From positions 1-62,978 of the forward strand of contig JBKCHQ010000076.1 of NCBI GenBank assembly GCA_046302715.1: a DNA stretch of 62,978 nt. Reading direction: 5' to 3'. Every line of letters begins with the position of its first letter. Position 1 is the first letter of the stretch. Origin of the DNA: Bacteroidia bacterium (GTDB lineage Bacteria; Bacteroidota; Bacteroidia; M30B66). Below are positions 58,915 to 62,978 of this stretch, one piece after another. The position numbers and the translations under genes were made by a program. The notes beneath the pieces are model-generated. The model searched no databases. It saw only the letters and a list, made by a program, of their open reading frames with translations, and was not told where the DNA came from.

Positions 58915-59131
58915 AGTTTCGAAATGGCTTATTGCCGCAGGAGTGTTTTTAATTATTGCGGGAGTTACCTATGGGTTGTTGGGAAACCGCATCCAGTTTT
59001 TAGGCAAGTTACCGGGCGATATACGAATTGAACGCGATAATTTCAAAATATATATTCCCATTACCACAATGCTGCTAATCAGTGCAGCAATTCAATTCAT
59101 TATTTGGATTTTCCGTTTATGGAAAAAATAA
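58895..59131 (+). CDS. DUF2905 membrane protein
   Basis: LGKLPGDIRIER.NF..Y.PITT motif. Confidence 0.9.
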   Translation: MWSKMPEVSKWLIAAGVFLIIAGVTYGLLGNRIQFLGKLPGDIRIERDNFKIYIPITTMLLISAAIQFIIWIFRLWKK

Positions 59132-59158
59132 AGACTGTATCATGAACGGCACTACCCA

Positions 59159-59407
59159 TTAAGCATTTACCGTTGACTTGTAGGCCTGATCAATTTTTTC
59201 AGCCAAATGACGGTCTTTTTCGGTAATGGTATTTTCTTCGTCATGGGTGCAAAGAAAAAGATCCACTTTATTGTATGTGTTGCGAATTTCGGGATGATGA
59301 TTTACACGTTCTGCTATTAAGGCTACCTTAGTAATAAAGGCAAAGGCCTCAACAAAATTTCGAAATTCAAACGCGCGGTGTAGTTTACCTTCAATAGTGT
59401 TCCACAT
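59159..59407 (-). CDS. Pterin-4-alpha-carbinolamine dehydratase
   Basis: F.F.NF.EAFAF..KVA..AE..NHHP...N.YNKV, THD. Confidence 0.93.
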   Translation of the reverse strand: MWNTIEGKLHRAFEFRNFVEAFAFITKVALIAERVNHHPEIRNTYNKVDLFLCTHDEENTITEKDRHLAEKIDQAYKSTVNA

Positions 59408-59486
59408 AAGAAGAAATATTTTTGAAAAGAGGGCAAAAGTAATTTTAATCGAATAACTATTGCGTTAAAAATTACTAAATTTACGC

Positions 59487-61382
59487 ATGTGCCGTTGTAT
59501 TTGGGTTTTTATCGTTTTGCTCCTCTCCCAGTTTGAAGTAAAAGCTCAGGTTTGCTGCAGTAGCCAAGAAAAATTCGGTTTCATAGAAGGCCAAAAATCC
59601 AAATCGTCTGGTGCAGGAACAGCTGAAGATATTCTTTATCTCAGAGCACATTGGAAGATCAACCCTGAACGTGATTCCATAGATGGCCTTATGCGTTACT
59701 TAATTCGCACCACAACACCCAATTATACCCGCTTCACGCTAGATTTAAGCAGCCAACTTGTTGTTGATTCGGTGCGCAACGCAAGTGGAATTATAAGCTT
59801 TTCGCATTCTGCAGATATCCTTAGTACCGAACTTCCCGAAATGGCTCTTGGCGATACCTGCACCATTAGTATTTACTACCGTGGAACTCCTCCTACAACC
59901 GGTTTTGGCTCCTTTGTTCAAACCAACACACCATATGGTAAACCAATCATATGGACACTCTCGCAACCTTTCGGCGCATCAGACTGGTGGCCATGCAAGG
60001 AAGGATTTGAGGACAAGATTGATTCGTCGGACTATTACATCAACATCCCCTTTGGCAATCGGGCGGCCGGAATGGGAATACTTGCGGGCATCGACACCAT
60101 TGAAAACCGGCAAATTTATCACTGGAAACATCGGTATCCCATAGCAACCTATTTGGTAGCACTTGCGGTAACCGATTATTCGGAAATTAAACGTTCCGTT
60201 CCACTAAGGGAAGGAAATCTCGAATTATTGAATTATTGCTATCCCGAGCATTTGGGCGAATGGGACTGGCAGCAAACCGAAGTAATGAACATGCTGCAAT
60301 ACTTCGATAGTTTGTTTGTGCCCTACCCCTTCATGCGTGAGAAATACGGACATGCGCAATTCAGCTGGGGCGGTGGCATGGAACATCAAACCATGAGTTT
60401 TATGGCCGATTTGGGGCCTTGGCTTACCTCGCACGAACTGGCGCATATGTGGTTTGGCGACATGATAACCTGCTCATCTTGGAAAGACATTTGGCTCAAC
60501 GAAGGGTTTGCAACTTACCTCACCGGCTTGTTTTTCGAGCGCTTCAGCCATCCATCGTTCTATTATTGGAAACGCAATAACCGCGATGAAATCTGCTCGC
60601 AACCCGGTGGTTCGGTTCGGGTTAATGATACAACTTCGGTTGAACGTATTTTCGATGGGCGACTCACCTATTATAAAGGTGCGATGATGCTCCATATGCT
60701 TCGAAAAAAGCTGGGGGATGCAGTGTTTTATGAAGGAATACGAAACTATCTAAATCGTTCGGATTTGCGTTATAGTTATGCGAACACCCAACAGTTTCGT
60801 GAAACAATGGAACAGGCTTCGGATCTTGATTTGAAGCGCTTTTTTGACGATTGGTATGCCGGCGAGGGCTATCCAAATATCCGAATAGATTACACCACGG
60901 AGGCTAATCGAATCACTTTAGATATCAACCAGCAAGGAAGCAGTGCATTTACACCACTGTTTGAAACGCAAGTTCCAATTCGAATTATTGGAGCATCCGA
61001 CAGCCTTGATGTGAATATCGAGATTAGCGATGCACAAATGCGAATTGAAGTGCCGCTCAATTTTGTTCCACTTTCAATAAAGGCCGATCCCGAAGCCGAT
61101 TTTTTAGCACGCTACACCCTGCAAAAAATTGAAACCATAAAAGATTGGATGCCGGCACCCAACCCAATTCGAAAAGGAACATCGCTCAAATTACCTGCAT
61201 TTGGAAAGAGTACACTAGTTGAACTCGTATCTCTCGACGGCAAACACATGCATGAGCTGCATTTAACCAGATATCAGACAGGACAATTCCCCACCGATAA
61301 CCTGGCTGCCGGCGTTTATTGGTTAAGGTTAAGTCCAGAGGGAGAGTCCAGCCTTAACAGAAAGTTAATTTTGGTCGATTAA
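59487..61382 (+). CDS. M1 aminopeptidase with T9SS C-terminal domain
   Basis: GGGMEHQT, SHELAHMWFG, WLNEGFATY; C-terminal APNPIRKG...LAAGVYWL. Confidence 0.92.
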   Translation: MCRCIWVFIVLLLSQFEVKAQVCCSSQEKFGFIEGQKSKSSGAGTAEDILYLRAHWKINPERDSIDGLMRYLIRTTTPNYTRFTLDLSSQLVVDSVRNASGIISFSHSADILSTELPEMALGDTCTISIYYRGTPPTTGFGSFVQTNTPYGKPIIWTLSQPFGASDWWPCKEGFEDKIDSSDYYINIPFGNRAAGMGILAGIDTIENRQIYHWKHRYPIATYLVALAVTDYSEIKRSVPLREGNLELLNYCYPEHLGEWDWQQTEVMNMLQYFDSLFVPYPFMREKYGHAQFSWGGGMEHQTMSFMADLGPWLTSHELAHMWFGDMITCSSWKDIWLNEGFATYLTGLFFERFSHPSFYYWKRNNRDEICSQPGGSVRVNDTTSVERIFDGRLTYYKGAMMLHMLRKKLGDAVFYEGIRNYLNRSDLRYSYANTQQFRETMEQASDLDLKRFFDDWYAGEGYPNIRIDYTTEANRITLDINQQGSSAFTPLFETQVPIRIIGASDSLDVNIEISDAQMRIEVPLNFVPLSIKADPEADFLARYTLQKIETIKDWMPAPNPIRKGTSLKLPAFGKSTLVELVSLDGKHMHELHLTRYQTGQFPTDNLAAGVYWLRLSPEGESSLNRKLILVD

Positions 61383-61775
61383 GACCAATTTGCGAAATCC
61401 CCAAAGAAAAATTAACCATGTAAGAAACATGGGATTAAAATAACGTAATTTACTCAAACAAAAACACTATTCTATTTATTATATGGCATTTAAAGTTATT
61501 TTTCAGATAAATTTAAATTGTTTCACCTACAATTTAATGTGTAATAAATAAGCTTAATTAAATTTTTCACTTAATTTTGCAAAACTTTCTTACAAATTAA
61601 TTGTCCTATCAGATAACCTTATCGATTTACACTTCGTAAGCGCTTTGGATATAAAAAACCGAGAAGCATGAAATGCACCCCTTACGAAACCTTCAATCGC
61701 GATACGATTAGCGAAGTCATGAAATATTTTTTACGAAATACCTATTTAACCAATCACATCACAAACAGATGTACT

Positions 61776-62978
61776 ATGAAAACAGCCCTACACTCTATTA
61801 ACATAAAGCGGAATGTGCGGCCCTTGTTGCTGCTATTTTCATTTCTGATGGTTTCTGCACTAGGTTTTGCACAGGTAACCAAAACCTCAACAGGCACGGC
61901 CTGGGCCACCGCAGCAAACTGGTCGCCCGCTGGTGTTCCTGCTGCAGGCGATAATATCATTATCAACTCAGGAATGACGGCCCCGGCAACTGCAATAACC
62001 ATAGGAAACCTAACGGTGAACGGTGGTTTTACATTTACCATGGCGGCCGGCAATATAACTGTAAATGGCAATACCCAAATCAATGGTACACTTGCCGACA
62101 ATAGTTCAACGGGAACCAATTCATTCCTCGGAACATTTTCTGTAGCTGCCGGCGGTAATTACACCACAACATCTACTTCTCCGTTGATTTTTGGTGGCAA
62201 TATCTCCAATGCCGGAACCTTCAATCGATCAGGAGCAGGAGCAGTTAATTTCGCTGATTCGCTTTCGATTAACGGCCCTAATGCTATAATACTTGGTGGT
62301 GGAAACATTACCATTGATGCCGATATGGTGGTAACCAATAATGCGGTCTTAACTTTAAGCGGAACTTTGAATGGGGCTAATGCCAATTCAAGTTTTTTCA
62401 ACAGCACGGGCGCTACAATTAATTATTCAGGTGCCACACTCATGGCTTCGGGTTTTTTCGATGCTTCGGCTACAAATAATACCGTAAACTACGCCTCGAC
62501 TCCAAACCAAACGGTTCGCTCCACAACGTATCATCATATTACATTTAGCGGTGGTGGAACCAAAACCATCCCTGATTTAGTGGTTAACGGAAACTTTACT
62601 CGTTCGGCAGGAACACTCACATTTAGTGCTTCAACATTGACGTTCGAAGGCAGTACCTCCAACAATTTAACATTGACTGGAGGAACTGTAACCTTCCCAA
62701 ACACCATCATAAATAAACCGGGAGGGGTATTAACCATTGTTCCGGGTGGCGCCATAACTTCAACCTTCGCATCCGTGTCTATTCCGGCCGGTGATTTGGC
62801 ATTTGGAACAACCGCTACCACCATACGTATTAACGGCGACCTGGCCGGCGCAGGAAGCATTAGCATGACCGGTGCCGCACATACGCTTCGTTTGTTTGGA
62901 GTAAACAACGCCATTGGAACTTTAAACAGTGGAACTTCTACGGTAGAATATGGCGCCGCTGGCGATCAAAATGTTTTT
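61776..62978 (+). CDS. Large secreted beta-helical/adhesin-like protein, 3'-truncated by the window edge (absent from the ORF track)
   Basis: Open frame to the window end: signal peptide MKTALH..SALGFAQ, WATAANWSPAGVP, then G/T/N/S-rich repeats (TLTFSASTLTFEG, NLTLTGG). Confidence 0.85.
   Translation, partial: MKTALHSINIKRNVRPLLLLFSFLMVSALGFAQVTKTSTGTAWATAANWSPAGVPAAGDNIIINSGMTAPATAITIGNLTVNGGFTFTMAAGNITVNGNTQINGTLADNSSTGTNSFLGTFSVAAGGNYTTTSTSPLIFGGNISNAGTFNRSGAGAVNFADSLSINGPNAIILGGGNITIDADMVVTNNAVLTLSGTLNGANANSSFFNSTGATINYSGATLMASGFFDASATNNTVNYASTPNQTVRSTTYHHITFSGGGTKTIPDLVVNGNFTRSAGTLTFSASTLTFEGSTSNNLTLTGGTVTFPNTIINKPGGVLTIVPGGAITSTFASVSIPAGDLAFGTTATTIRINGDLAGAGSISMTGAAHTLRLFGVNNAIGTLNSGTSTVEYGAAGDQNVF

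Overview
A 63-kb, mostly housekeeping chromosomal segment of a Bacteroidota bacterium. The assignment rests on several T9SS-type C-terminal domains, TAnnTTTG promoters, a short atpC, DUF4295 and bshC. It holds about 50 CDSs: atpD/atpC, rluD, ddl, rnr, ftsY, rpmG, rpmB, hflX, rimO, bshC, yajC, coaE, nnr, selD/selU, ispE, accA, glpK, three M1 aminopeptidases and many secreted proteins. I saw no rRNA, tRNA, CRISPR array, transposase or phage genes. The most interesting observations are: (1) a double-length D-Ala-D-Ala ligase whose two modules carry different specificity residues (Ser/Tyr versus Cys/Phe), coupled to a PASTA protein and a T9SS cargo; (2) seven phased 23-bp repeats directly upstream of an AAA_14/DUF4143 ATPase; (3) a ~95-nt non-coding element present twice, 19 kb apart and inverted; (4) a dedicated exosortase next to a micro-protein substrate; (5) a WYL regulator with a TGAC-N7-GTCA operator and no obvious target gene; (6) a sensor-adenylate cyclase split by a single in-frame TAA. 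All family assignments come from motif recognition by eye, with no database searches. Hand-counted coordinates may be off by a base or two.
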